A stretch of DNA of 64,000 nucleotides from Trichoplax adhaerens (lineage: Eukaryota > Animalia > Placozoa). The position numbers and the translations under genes are program-made. Positions within the stretch are counted from its first letter, which is position 1. Every line of letters starts with the position of its first letter. The notes under the pieces are model-generated. The model made no database searches. It was given only the letters and a program-made list of their open reading frames with translations, and was not told where the DNA came from. Where the stretch lies: positions 4,637,397 through 4,701,396 of the forward strand of contig NW_002060945.1 in the NCBI RefSeq assembly GCF_000150275.1. Direction: 5' to 3'. Shown in pieces: positions 28,335 through 42,186 of the stretch.

Positions 28335-31300
28335 AACTATTCCAAGACTTTTCTTGTATATTTGAGATAACCATTGATATTGAGACGATATCCTATAATT
28401 GTGACTTCGTGTATTAATGATAATATATTATCAAAACTTTACCTTCTGTTAATTTCATTCGTATTTAATTGATCAAAATTCATTTATTATGTACTAGATA
28501 TGTAATATACTGTACAGTGCGTAAGCTCATACATTTCATTATGTTCACTGTTAAATATGGACATAATTCATAACTGACTGAAATTATAGTGGCAAAATAT
28601 ACGTAGCATTATATGTAAATTGTACGATAAAACTAATATATTACGCTGTATCGTATAACATCTTTTACTGTTACAAAGTACTACAAAATTTTATTTGTTG
28701 TCATCTAATATCATTGAAATCAAATTTGACTGAAAATAGTTTAATAATTATGCATTCTCATTACATGAAATTTATTTAGTGGTACTCTGTTAGTTCTACT
28801 ACCAGATTTCTACACCATTTAAGATTATAATTATATGAATTTTAAAGCCTTCGACATAAAAATAATGTTGGTAAGGAAATAATTATATATATAATAGAGC
28901 AGATGTTGTCCATAACAATTTATTGACTGTGAGTAAAACAAAAGACTAAATACTTTCCAATTCCGCTCGAAGACCTACGCAAACGAAATGTAAAATTTGC
29001 AGATAATACTTATTGTCTGTTGCAGATTATTATAATCATTCGCTATTAATAATCTTGTTCGATTGTACTTAAATAAAGTCCACATATAATCGTCCTCAAT
29101 TTGACATCATTTCAATATTTATAATTTCAATCGTTCAACCTTCGTGAACTGTTTCAGTTTATCAGCAGTTACATTAAATGTTGTAATCTATTACTTATTA
29201 TGAAATTCGTTGCGAGACTCACAAAAAACTTCATATTTTACATTAACCTTTAAATAATCAATAAGCAGCTATTATTGTCAGACAAGCCAAATTTGTTAAA
29301 TTATTCAACTGATGAAAGTAAAACTAAACTTTCACCATCGCTAATTTTGTAGAATATACAGCAATTACAACTGTAATAATATCATCTATTGAAGATGAAC
29401 TAATTGATCCTTTATTCCCATTTATCCGATCTGAGCCGTATTGAACACAATTTAAAATCTCTTATTCCCAAGGCTAATTATAACCAATATCATGATCAAT
29501 CATACAGCAGGATGTTTGTTTCATCGATCAGTCCATAATGGTTTAGAAAGATACAGACACTGAAAATAATATCTTTTGCACAAATAAACTTACTTTTAAG
29601 GCGTTTTGCTTATTATTTGTATTCATTAAATATGTATCGAAATCCCAATTATAATTCATTCAATTTTATATTTTTAGTGCATCATGTCGAACAGACTGTC
29701 AATGAATGCAAATACACCGTAAAATGCTAATAAAATCTTTACTTATAATAGTAATCACTGGAATTCGATTAATTCATCCAAGGCAAAATAATTTATGAAG
29801 TACATCCAGCTATTTTCTTTTTTTGATCATATTTTTCATTGGTATCCCTACTCGAATATTAAGAAACTTTCAATCCATGTTAATTTCTAATTCATAGTAA
29901 TATTTTTCTATCAATCTCTTAGCTCTCATAAGATTCAATTTACTACAGTATTAAATGAGGTTATTTTCAGAATGCTGAATGGATGTATATATTGTAGTAG
30001 GTATAATAAAACTTCTCTTTGTGTTCGAACATACTTTTAACAATAAATTTAATACAGGTAATATAGTACTGTATATTGCGGGTTATGTCAGCAGCGTAAG
30101 ATAATACTTTATTTAGATTTTGTGGAATAAATCATGTTAATCTACGTATTTAAGAACGATAAATCAACAGTACTAACTCTAATACCAGTTTAGTAATTGT
30201 GAAATATACTTGCCATTGCTCATATATGTATCGTAGCAATTTAGCGTCAACAACTCGAAAGGATAACCATTTATATTTACTAAAGATAAATAAAAATGTA
30301 GTTATTATATGTATACAAGTATCGTATATTTTATGAAGTCAAATGTGCATAATGCTATGTAATAATCATAATATAGTAACGTTGGCAGGGAGTACCGGAT
30401 TTTAATAAACTGAGTAAATTATAATATACGAGTACGGTAATTGAGAGTATGTACAGTATCAGTCGGATAATGTATGGATGAAATGTGGCCATTCTACGTA
30501 ACACATTTCTATCAAGTATCTTGCATATTTACGACTTACGAGACAATATATATGTATGGTAACATACAACACAGAATATGTTGATATTTGATCCACAGTG
30601 TAAATACGCCAAATTATCCAACATTTATTTACAATTCTTTAAATGCGATTATTACATCTTAATAAAAATAATAATCTATTATTTTACTTACTTTTGGCCA
30701 GTCTCTGAATGCAACAGACCGTCTACTCTTTCGATAACTGAAAATTTTGACTTCTGCTATTGACGTCTAACAAACTATTGATAATTATAATTATGATTGT
30801 AGTCATTTCCTTTTATTAAGTTATTGATCATGAAGGCAACTTTGAATAAAAAATAATAATATATTATTTATGGAATATTAGATAGTACAATATTTCAAGG
30901 TTCGCTTTCATGTGGAATAATTTTCTTATGAGTTGATAATTACGATTTACATCATATTCATACTAGTGTCATCGAGTATTTATTAGGAGTGTTAAACACT
31001 GATGTAATTTTTAAAATGAATATAGCTTATTGTGTACAGTATACAGAAATTCGTATATAGAACATATTTGTAGTATTAGTGTTTCATATGAACGAATACT
31101 TCAACAATGATACTGCACACTATTTAAAATTCTACGCTACTTCATTCGAATCATTCGGTAGATCTGCATCAGATAGAAAAGATAGCAATCTACAATGGCA
31201 TGAAATAGTTACCAAGGATAATTTACATTTAGCCATCAATAAAAAGCATTTCAGCTCATTTATTACAAATACATTTGATAGCAATGTACAATATGTACGT

Positions 31301-31951
31301 TACGTATATTAAGCGTACACTGAGTTATAAAGTTGTACTTCTATCCAATAGTGCCTTATATATATTATATACTGTATTGATTACAACTCGAATATAAAAG
31401 TACCTCTCGTTGGATACCATCTTAAAATAATCTGTGAAAAATGATAATGTCGTAGACTTTGAGCTTTAAGAAGCGAAGTCTATTGCCAATGATACAGCAA
31501 CACCATCGCTCTTTTATTCATCATATTTTACGTTACAGGACAATCATTTCGAGACATACATAAGTCCCGCGTTACCACACAACAAATATGTATATTTATT
31601 TTAAAAACGTGATATCTAGGGGTAAATAGTATACGATATGGTACGTATTAATATAAATATATAGCTACGTCTAAAATGAATTTAACTGGTAGACGCACTC
31701 AAAAAATACTATCATAATCTTATTTATTAAATAAAATGCGCATATGCGATACAAATATTATCAAGTATTACCTTTATTTGTGATGCTAAAAGCATCAAAG
31801 AATTTAAATAAGTCAGATTGATGAATTTACTATATTATCCACGGGACGATATCGCTATGCTTACATATATTTATATTATCATTTTTAAAGGCAAAAATGA
31901 AATTCATTCATTCACCGGTCAAACATGATGATATTTAGATCAGTCAACAAG

Positions 31952-33852
31952 TTAATCTGCCTTCGTATGGTGCGGAACATTTCCATTTGCTGTACCGTTA
32001 GCTATTACTTTTCCATTGGCAGTATCAACATTCGTTTGCTTCTATAAAAAGGTATAAAAGTAAAGTGACAATTATTTATAGCGCTTATGTTTAATGTCAA
32101 ATTATTATCATTATTATATCCGCAAAGTCGAATATCTAAACACTTCTTTACATATATTCCACGTACAATACCCAAATTTATGCATTCTTAATACTTTAAA
32201 TCAAAAATTTTAATTTATGCATTATTCTTTTACTAGCATCAATAACTATAGAGCTATTGAAATAAAATTCGATATATTACAAATTGATGAATTTAGTAAT
32301 TTGTTGATGGCAGGGCTAGCAAGCAATATTAATTTTGGCCTTATTACTGTGGATAGCATAGCCTATCTTAGTAATCTAATGGAAATGACCATAGCTACAA
32401 AATATAAGTATTAATACAGTTTGAGAGCAGACCTGACCACATTATTATTATTAGACATTAATGCTTAAATGAATATTAGCACTCATGTCTTCGTGCACTG
32501 TTCATTTATAACACTGCTAAGAACTTACTACCAAGTTGCTGTAGGAAAATAGCAGCAGCGATATAACTACTAGTTATACATTGTCGACAGTAATATTTTC
32601 TTGTGTGATATTTAATTTATTTTGGTAATACAGTCCTGAAGTTATTAACATGCTATTTCTCATTTTAAAATTTCTATTAATTCCAGGAAATGGGATATTA
32701 TCCTTTCCTTGAAAAGACTCTTGAAATTTTGAAATAATCAAATATTTATATTCAAGCACATCAATAGTAACAACAATGTATATCGTGTCATATACAGTTG
32801 TACTAGAAAAGCTTCTGTAGCATGCCATACAACATTTTACAAAGTAGCGTAATTACTGTGTTAGAGTGAGCGATATACAGGTGACATGGCGGCATGATAG
32901 CAGTGTTACCATTATAAACATCTATTATTCTAAGTTGTTCACTGATGTCACTCTTGATTAAAACCTCATTAAAATAAGGAGTTTCTTAAATTTATCGTTT
33001 ACTAATAAATGATAATGATTCGTGCGTACGTATAGAAGCTGGTTGATCAAAATGAGAATGTATTCAGTGACTACCCGAAAAACAACACCAATTATTATAC
33101 TAGCAGAATTTTACTACAAATAACAAGAAATAGAAGAAGCTTTACGATTACTTTACAACGGTGTACATGTTACATCACCATGATCAGGCTAATCTACTAT
33201 ATATATATATATAGTATACGTATTCTATATAGATTTACTGTACTCGTATGAGCAAGTTGAAATGTTGAAGTAGTTGTAAAGTAACATCCTCGTGCTATAC
33301 AACGAGTAGACATACACTTGTATAGTACAGTACATAACACAATAGAATACAGTAGTCAAGTGCTTAAGTTAATCGAGAAATGGTACAAAATGAGTGCAGT
33401 CCAATGTAATTTAGCTTGAAATTATTTATACAAAGTAACATAAAATATATATATAATCAACTATCCATTATTGTGTAATGTAAAAGTATCGTATACACAC
33501 ACTACACTGTCAATGGGAAATTATTTATTGGAAGTGGAAATGTACAATTTTTCATACCTTTCATATAGTAACAGTTGTAATCATTGATCATACTTATAGT
33601 TTAGTATAAATTACAAACTTTTACGTACGAATACGTTAAAAAGTAGTTTCTCTATTGTGCGGTTGTGTCTCTTAAATTGCATTAGACTATAGATGTAGTT
33701 ACAGAAGTATAGTAGTATTAAAAAACCCGAACCGAATCCTTGCTCTCTTCTATTTTTTCCACTTTCGGTCCGAAAAATCGTTTATACAGTTTAGTAATCA
33801 CCGTCCATATCGCTATTAAAATCGGCATTACCAAGCACGGGACACAAACCAT
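31952..33852 (-). CDS. C18orf32: UPF0729 / C18orf32 homolog, 69 aa (exons 33733-33852 and 31952-32041)
   Basis: Exon 1 reads MVCVPCLVMPILIAIWTVITKLYKRFFGPKVEKIEESKDS, matching the MVCIPCIVIPVLLWIY family signature. Exon 2 follows a strong polypyrimidine acceptor in phase 0 and reads KQTNVDTANGKVIANGTANGNVPHHTKAD*. Both exons are below the ORF-track length cutoff. Confidence 0.85.
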
Positions 33853-33889
33853 TTTGAACCTTTATGAATCGGCAAGAACGGATCAAGTT

Positions 33890-34710
33890 ACTACTGTATG
33901 TACTGCAATAATGGTTGGAATACCAGGTATCAAGATGTTGTAGAATGAAGCAAAGGCTGATGCGATACTTCCCTTTTTATACTGTACTGTACTTAGCAGC
34001 GGCAGTATACTGTACTGTACAGTATATTGCACCCTGTACCTGTGTACCGTACTGTATGTACAGTTTCAAGTTTTGACTGACTCTACACTCTACAGTAGAT
34101 CGGTACTGGATTGATACTGTAGAAGAAATTTTCCGAGAAAACCAGAAGATTTTCTATGGGCGTGTTAATTCCTACAGTACAGTACCGACCATACTGTACA
34201 GTGTAATGACTCATCAATTGTACTGTACTGTACAGTATTGGGGTGGACAACTTAAGCACAATGAGCATGAGCATTGAACAATATTATTGTTTGTTTCTGT
34301 ACTGTACTGTACAGTATGTAAAGAAAAAATGCAGTACAGTACTGTACTGTACAGTAATAGTAAAGTACGAGTATGCGTGGCAAATTATCGCTAGGTCCCA
34401 TCGAATCGATAAATAGTGCCATAAATTACTGTACTGTATGTCTGTATGTATTAATTATTTAAATACAAAACTATTCATTCTTGCCTTATTAATTTTCCCT
34501 AAATTATACACCTACTGTAGTACAGTACAGTAGTCCACTGTTCTGTAATATTATTCCCCACTTATCTGCTAATCATGTACACTACTATAGATCATGATGA
34601 TAATTAATGCGTACAAAACTGTAGCAATAACGTAATATAACTAGAATCCTACTAGGTCACAATCTATTATTAGATAGATACAGTATACAGTATACAGTAC
34701 AGTAATGCAT
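33890..34710. promoter_or_regulatory. TACAG/CTGTA arrays upstream of C18orf32, probably shared with the divergent thioredoxin-fold gene
   Basis: Arrays at 33978-34063, 34172-34240, 34297-34358, 34513-34533 and 34678-34705. Confidence 0.6.
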
Positions 34711-37101
34711 GTTAGCGTATTGGATTCAGAATCCTTTCGATGAGTAGTGGTATATCTCTGTGTCTAGCTTGGACCTGACGGACTTCGAGTAATAAAGTTC
34801 TCTTCTCTGAAACAGCTCTCTCTCTCGTCTCAGTCTATACTGTAAGTAGAAAGACATACAGTATTATTGCACTTGCCAGGATTGTACTGTACACTGTACA
34901 GTGTCATGGCCTACTAAATACGTACATGACAGTCAACACTTTGAAATCTATTCTGTATATTAAATCATCTAGCAAATCTAGCAAATTTACTGTACTGTAC
35001 ACGATATATCCAACTCGATTTGCCTACTGATGCTGAACATAGACAAGGACTACTTGACATAGACTGTACTGTAATACCTTATTGGATTTCATACGTTACT
35101 CTATGTACTGTATACTATGTATACTCTTGAATACATCTGTATCTAGTAGTCCATACCCTAGTACACTGGTACGTGAACTGCAACGTCGAGCTGTCCTGTG
35201 TTGTTAAAAGTGGGAAGAATTTATTTCATGAGAAATAAAACTGCGAAATTATTAAATTAAAATATAATTGGGAAAAGTTAAGGATGGGAACTTGAGAGTG
35301 AGTGAAAGAGTGAATCTTGGTACTGTAGCAACATGTAAGGACAGTATGAATGGAATAAGGGTCTTGATACGGGATATAGTGTGAATATTAGTGTATATGT
35401 TAACATATATGTACTATATATATATAGTCATATACAACTTGACTTAATATCCTATGTTTACAAATGAATTTTATCATTATTTTTTACTTACAGTATATTC
35501 CTCTGGTAACCCTTCCATAATTAAATCCTGAGTATGAACATTAATTACGAAAAAAGAGGAAATTTATTTGAAATTTTCAATTCTTCTAGTTAAATTATAA
35601 TTGAAAGATTGTACTACATTCTATAATAATGTTTTCGTTATTTTAATACTAATCAGTGTATTACACTACGTGCTGCAATACCGTACTGTAAACCTACCGG
35701 CCAAGTACAGTACAGTATTTCCTTCTAAAATACAATATATCTAGTCTAGGTTTTCTTTCTAGTAGTCCTTGGTACTGAGCAGCAAAGATCTTTATTTGTA
35801 ATTTTTTGTTTACAAATCTATTACTATGTATAGATGCTAAAACGGTTAACAAATATACGCCAAATGTATGATAAGGAACTTTAAAGAAAACCGTAACCGA
35901 TATGGAGGAGATAGATATTGGTAACAAGCACTGTATCCATTTTAGAATCAGATTTAATGACAATCAGGTAAGGACAACACCTTATATAAATATCACAAAA
36001 TGGCACTAGACACTAGTAAATAAATTACAGTGTAATAGTTTTGATGGATCTGCAAGAGCCTGATACCTTATATATCATACAAGTAGCAGCTCATTGGCTT
36101 TACAAGCTAGGATAAACAGTACTGTATTGCACTAATCTGTACAGTATATCGTGCAGCATGAGTAATAAGTATTCGTGTAGCCTATGCAAGACATCGATGA
36201 GAGACTTAAATTAGGTTAAATACGTAGATACGATAGAATGAAATATTTAGTTTTCGCAATAGCTAATTATATTTAGAATTGATAGTGATTATTTGGTTTG
36301 CGTCAGCGAATTGGCTTTCTTAGGAACAATGTATTTGTGACGTTATGAACTAGGTAATTGTACCAAAAATTAGCTATCAACAAATTGATATTACTGTAAA
36401 TGTACTGTATCACAGGGTAAATGGAGTAACTCGGTTGTTTTACCAGTAAGCCTCTGATCTTAAAGTATCTCGATAGCCCATACAAAGTCAGATAATAGGA
36501 AGGATCTTCATAAATTGTTATTTGACCACTTTATCAATTTGCGTTACACACTGTAGGTATGCTGCGTTTCTTGCAATGCTGGTGATGCCATAGATGATTT
36601 ATACAGGTAGGATTGCTGAAGCAATGTGTGCTATACGTGTAGTTTATCGCCGATAGTACGTACATTGCTGTAGTGCTGCTCCAGTAAATTTAAATGTGCC
36701 TATAATAGCATTTATAATATTCTATTTGAAATATCCTCTATCAAAAATATATGATGTACGTATATTCAATTCTATACTTGCTATTTGCTTTATAAAAGCG
36801 ATAATAGCAATCGTACCATAAATTTGTTGTTACCTAATAATGACAGTTGTTTTATTTATTTACTATATGGTAGAGAAAAAATTATGTCTGTTCTTTCGCA
36901 AGATAAATAGTTTTTTGTACCGATTTTATAATATTTCAAGTTTTGTTTGGAAATAGTGACAATGTACGAATACATATCTGATGATATAAGTAGTGATCAG
37001 TCAATTATACGAGTACAAACCACTGGTAATAAATTAAATTATAATTATAATTCATACGTATATGTGTATCACATCAAATATTTACTTGTAAGATATAATA
37101 G

Positions 37102-38781
37102 ATTTGCATTAAAGAGGAATTGACTAAATTCTGGTATGATATAATTGGAGAGTAATTCAGACAATGTTAGTCGTTAAATCGAAGTATATGTACTGTTAGT
37201 ATTAGTATTTGAAGACTAAATCATGCTCCTAAGCATTTAGTACGTACAATAAGCTCAATCATGTTTAGATGTACGAGTTTTATTTCACTTCATTTATTGA
37301 CTATTTCTCGATAGTAAAATATATCAAGTATCTAACCGGAAAATCGAATTGCTAGCACTTGTGGGGTCATATCCTCAACTTAAGATACCTCCTTCATCTT
37401 TAAAAGTAAAACAAGCCGGTAAATTAGGTTATTTAAGCCATTTAACAGAATTATAATAAAAAACGAATTCATTACAGATATACGTGTATTTATATCTGTG
37501 TAATGAAATAATACGTTCTGCTGCCACTCCAACTATATGCTGTTGCAGTACTGTCAATTTGATGCTTTGCTATATAATAATATCGTAATTTAACGGATTT
37601 TTTAAGGTCTTACAAATAACTCTGTATTAGTGGCGTTATCTGAAATTAAATCAACTACGACTTTGACACAGGGACATGGAAGTTGTTAGTTTTAATATCA
37701 AAAATTATATTTCTTACTATAGCATCCTGTTTGTAAGGTATTGCTATATGTCAAGTCTTCGATACTACTTTTTGAAGCAAATTTATTTCTCTTTTATAGT
37801 TACTCCTATTAGAGAAATTAATGACCCATTGGCATGGCAGCAATTGCTCAAAGATACTAATAAAGATTACCTTATAATGTGCCTCTTTTATACATCAAAG
37901 TATGTTTATCGTCTTGCATTTAAACGTACCACAGTTATATTAATACATGTATAACAGTCTATGCAAAGCTATTGATTGTATATTGAATTTAATTATAATT
38001 ATCTGTAATTAATTCAATATTCAATAATTAAATTATCAAACGGTTATTTGGACATCTTACAGGGTAAATTGTGTAGCTCTTGTCGACCAATATGAAAGCC
38101 TTAGTAGAGACAGTAATTACAACTCTAGGGTGTTATTTTACAAGATTAATGCTGACAAGGTACTAATCTAAAATCAGTAAATTTGCCATTATATATTACG
38201 TACCATTTAGGCATTAGGCTTTTAAGGGCAGTAAAAGAAACAAAAATAGCAGTTAACATTTTATTATTATTATTATTATTAAATGTTATAGAATCCTAGT
38301 TGTGTATATACAGATGGATCGATGACTTTACCGAAATTCGCTTTTTATCGTAATCAACAGGTTCAATTAATTAGATAAAAAATGAACATTACCATATACT
38401 ATATCTACCATTACTCAGCTGCCTATTATTTCGACTCACAAGAGTGTATTGCTGGTAGTCATACTAGATTTATAAAATAAAATTTTACTTTTTTTAATCT
38501 AATTTTAGGTGATAGATGTCCACATTGGTAATAATTTCGAGCAATTAAAATCAAGTCTGCGATGGAATGCATTTCATCTACCATTATCAACTAATCAAAT
38601 GGTAGTATCTGAGAAATATGATCGCTCATTGTGGACTTACAAGAACATCGACGACTATTATGACCCAAGGTAGCCGGTTGCCTTATTGACGCTTTCAAAT
38701 CTGTATGATACACTAACTATTATTATATTCAATAGCCAGTGTTGCTCTAGGATCGGGAATGTAATTTCAAATTTTCGATAA
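37102..38781 (+). CDS. Thioredoxin-fold protein without CxxC (5' exons unresolved, probably starting near 35900-36960)
   Basis: Phase-consistent exons: 37102-37151, 37315-37418, 37607-37684, 37800-37899, 38063-38159, 38292-38360, 38509-38669 and 38736-38781 (alternatively an unspliced stop at 38671-38673). The domain reads PIREINDPLAWQQLLKDTNKDYLIMCLFYTSKVNCVALVDQYESLS...VLFYKINADKNPSCVYTDGSMTLPKFAFYRNQQVIDVHIGNNFEQLKSSL and aligns along its length with thioredoxin, including the cis-Pro. Confidence 0.7.
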
Positions 38782-40149
38782 ATAGCAGAGCATAGTAATT
38801 ATTGCTGTATAATATGTTAATGGCATCTTTTATACTCCATTAAGTACTTACATGTTTACTTGAGCGATAGCAAGACTATTAATTAACGAAATAAAAATCT
38901 ACACAATATATAGCGATTAAATTTGCTCAACGGTGGCGTTCGTTGATCTTAACTCTTGATATAATACTATAAGAAGTTTTTATATTTTGCTACACCGCAC
39001 AAATTTTTTATTTTGATATTGGATATTTATTATATTATATCAGCATCACTTGGCAATTTTATATACTGCATTAATTAAAGCATCACTTTATAATCTAACT
39101 CTGATGATTTGTATTTGTATTATTACGTAAATATCATATTATTACTTTTTATTAACACCTAAATGAATTAATTCATGAGATGTAGCATATCCACTTACAG
39201 ATTTTGCCTAGTCAACAAAATACGATATTTTTAATTAATTTAATCACCAAATAACTAAAGATAACCCATACATATTGCGCTTATGTCTTTAGTGATTCAT
39301 AACACTGGTTGAAGCAGATTGCACTATGTATACTGTACATCAGTACTGCATATATTATACTTTTGCATATTGTATCTACTTTAATATCTATAATAAAATA
39401 AATTCATCGAGTATATGCATGTTAGAGTAATTTTTTGATATTATTGTAGGAGATAAATATCGACATAGAATGAATACTTTACAACGCTGCTATAGATTTA
39501 GCTAGGATAATTAAGTTTCAGTTATTTCATATAGTTAAAGAGGTAATTAAATACTATAATTTCTACAGGACCGGTAAACAAAAATTCAACAGTTTCCCAT
39601 AAAGCCCATAAAATATCAACGATAGCAGTAAATCGATCTAAATTCAGATTCAGTTTAACCTACAGTATATTATCTAAATACAGTTACGTGGACAGAGTTA
39701 CAAGAATAACAACTTCGGTATTTGCATGCGAATATAAATTGGTTAAATAACTGTGATGTGTAACTAGCTCCGACACCTACTTAAGCTCATTTAAAAGTCA
39801 TAGATTTATTAAGTAATCAAAATCATTCCTATATCTTATTACGAGAGTTGTAGTTCTACATCGTTGATAAATACTTAACATGCGGGTAGCAAAAGAAAAG
39901 AATTATTATTCAGGATAATATATGATATCCAAAAACTACAATGTACAGATCATTATATATAATATTTAGGAGACAGTACCAAGTTGTAATGATATTTATT
40001 AATTCCATTAAAAAAACCTATAGATAATTATGATTTTCTAAAGTCAGATAAATGTCTATTTATGTAGCTGATTAACATTACTAGTACGTCATACATGCAT
40101 ATATATGTACAATTGAAGCACATTAATAGGAACGATATTAACCGTTATA

Positions 40150-41771
40150 TTAATTGCAGCTTTGACCAGCATATATGAAATTCCAGTGATTGATATCTCT
40201 GGCGATTTTGTGAGGATCATAATGAGTATGAGCTACTACTTCAAACTCTCTACCAAAGCTAGTCCTAAAATAAAAATTCATTAAAATTGCGTTATGTCTC
40301 AATCTCCAAACTTCATCTCTCTTTCTCTGTTCAGATTATTAAAATATGAATTAACGTCACCTGTGAGTATATTCGGGCAATGAAGCAAGACATTGATTTG
40401 ATTTACAATGATTAATTAAAAGTTTCTGGCCAATTGGAACTGGCATGCCTTCCATAATCAATCTTTGTTTAGGCTCTAAAACAAGCAATTTCCTATGGAT
40501 CGTCAAAAGAACAAAATTTGTATAGATTTCAATCCGTAATTGTATAATGATTATATTTTTCTGGTTGAAGACTGGAATTGCTACAAATAGTACGTATTCG
40601 AATTACCATTCGCACTGATAATTGGATTCAGCAGAAAGGGTAGCGTCTTGCAAGCGAGAGTATTTGGCATATTTTATGAAAGTAGCTCTGTCACTATATA
40701 ATTTTAACTAAAAGAAAGAGGAAATTCACTTTAACAATAATCGCATCCAGAATTTTTACGCGTTTTAAAAATTAGTTACCTGTCCACCAATCCCAGATAG
40801 AGTAGATAAACAAAAGTGCTGCTCGAAGTGTAAGATTTCTCCAGTACGATCAACATTATCAGCACTGTTTATAATAAAAATTCTATTAGATTTTTCTTAA
40901 CGACATTTGTGGGTACAAACAACGTTCGTTAAATATTGGGAGCAAAGTAACTAACCTGACAATTTGAAAAGCGTTTCTAATACAAGGCTCAAAGTTTTTT
41001 GATGAAGTAAGAGGGCATGGACCCTCTAACTGCTGAGCGTTATGCATCTGAATATCGGACATGTTCGCAGAAGCAATTGAACTCGTACCAACATTATATA
41101 GGCAAACAATGTCACCAAAATGGATGTAGCCATCATCTGCAGGAGAGCTTAAATCGATCTAGATAAATGCGTACATCATTGTTGGAGTTAAGATTAATTA
41201 ATGCATTCTTATATAATACTATACTCTAAGACTATCTACAATCATTGCAGTCAAGCAGATATATAAATCAATAATTCCATAGCTGTACATCAATGAATCA
41301 TCGTAATACGTATAGAAGAAAAAGTTATCTAAAATTAAATTCTACATACCTTTTGTAAAATATGATGCCGCAAATTATAAGCTCGATCTGTCAAAAGTTC
41401 ACCTCTTTCCTTTTTCTCAAGAAAATCCTTCAATTTTTCCTATATAAATCAAATCAAGTTAAGTATATGTCAATCTTAAATAACGTCTGCGGACAATATA
41501 TGAAATGGCATAGGAGGTTCAATTTAATGTTAAGTGTATGTTTGATATCTTGCAAACTTTCATTAATAATAATATTCGCACTTGCGTAAGTACTAGACTA
41601 TACGAGACTGCGAGTACTCTACTAGATACAAAGCACCCTGAATACAAAATCGTGATAAATTATAGAAAAGTATATTTTATTTTATTTCACTCGGCATCAT
41701 ACCTCTTCGAGACAAACATCTTCCTGCCAATTTCCAATCCTTACAGCTGGATTATACGTACGATAGCTCAT
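40150..41771 (-). CDS. CFAP161: Cilia- and flagella-associated protein 161 (C15orf26), 7 coding exons
   Basis: Exons: 41703-41771 (MSYRTYNPAVRIGNWQEDVCLEE), 41350-41439 (EKLKDFLEKKERGELL), 40956-41158 (DGYIHFGDIVCL...IRNAFQI), 40780-40864, 40607-40707, 40361-40492 (EGMPVPIGQKLLINHCKSNQCL) and 40150-40264 (TSFGREFEVVAHTHYDPHK...NHW). All phases are consistent and the motifs match human CFAP161. Confidence 0.95.
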
Positions 41772-42000
41772 TATGTCCTTTACAGATACAATCTAAAATA
41801 ATTTTTATCTTTCAAATGCAAAGAACTGTTTCTGTTTAATGTGATCCAATGTCCACTCCAATAGTCAGAAAGCTCAAATTGGTCTACTCAGACCAGCTTA
41901 GCTATATACCCCTAACCCTTATACCCAGTTGCGTACCTTTCTGTGTCTACAAATATTGTATATGGTGACTAGTGATTACAAACTGAAATAACAAATCTTG

Positions 42001-42014
42001 GTTTCTATGACAAC
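42001..42014 (-). promoter_or_regulatory. RFX X-box upstream of CFAP161
   Basis: GTTGTCATAGAAAC on the minus strand fits GTTNYY-AT-RGNAAC. It lies just upstream of a probable non-coding first exon (donor near 41935). Confidence 0.75.
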
Positions 42015-42035
42015 TGAAAGATACCATATTATAAA

Positions 42036-42186
42036 AGTACAGTACATGCTATCCAGTACCGTACAGTACTGTACTGTACTGTACAGTACATTGCACATTA
42101 CGTACAGACTGTACTGTACTCTACAGTACTGTATATCAAAGATACAGACATACAGTACAGTACAGTACTGTACTGTACTGCACTGT
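42036..42186. promoter_or_regulatory. Dense TACAG/CTGTA palindromic array at the CFAP161 promoter
   Basis: gtacagtactgtactgtactgtacagtac and tacagtacagtacagtactgtactgtactg. Confidence 0.7.

Noticed and set aside
28450-31900. Short ORFs (30578, 31079) and scattered splice-like signals between ZIP and C18orf32
   Set aside because: No recognisable homology, no consistent exon chain and no promoter-type array. Treated as 3'UTR or intergenic DNA.
33740-33943. 67-aa plus-strand ORF
   Set aside because: It is the antisense shadow of C18orf32 exon 1.
36300-38200. Selenoprotein interpretation of the thioredoxin-fold gene
   Set aside because: There is no in-frame TGA at the active-site position and I recognised no SECIS downstream.
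42036-42186. Arrays as CRISPR repeats or MITE terminal inverted repeats
   Set aside because: The DNA is eukaryotic and intron-rich, there is no constant repeat-spacer periodicity, and no shared internal sequence or target-site duplication is seen between clusters.
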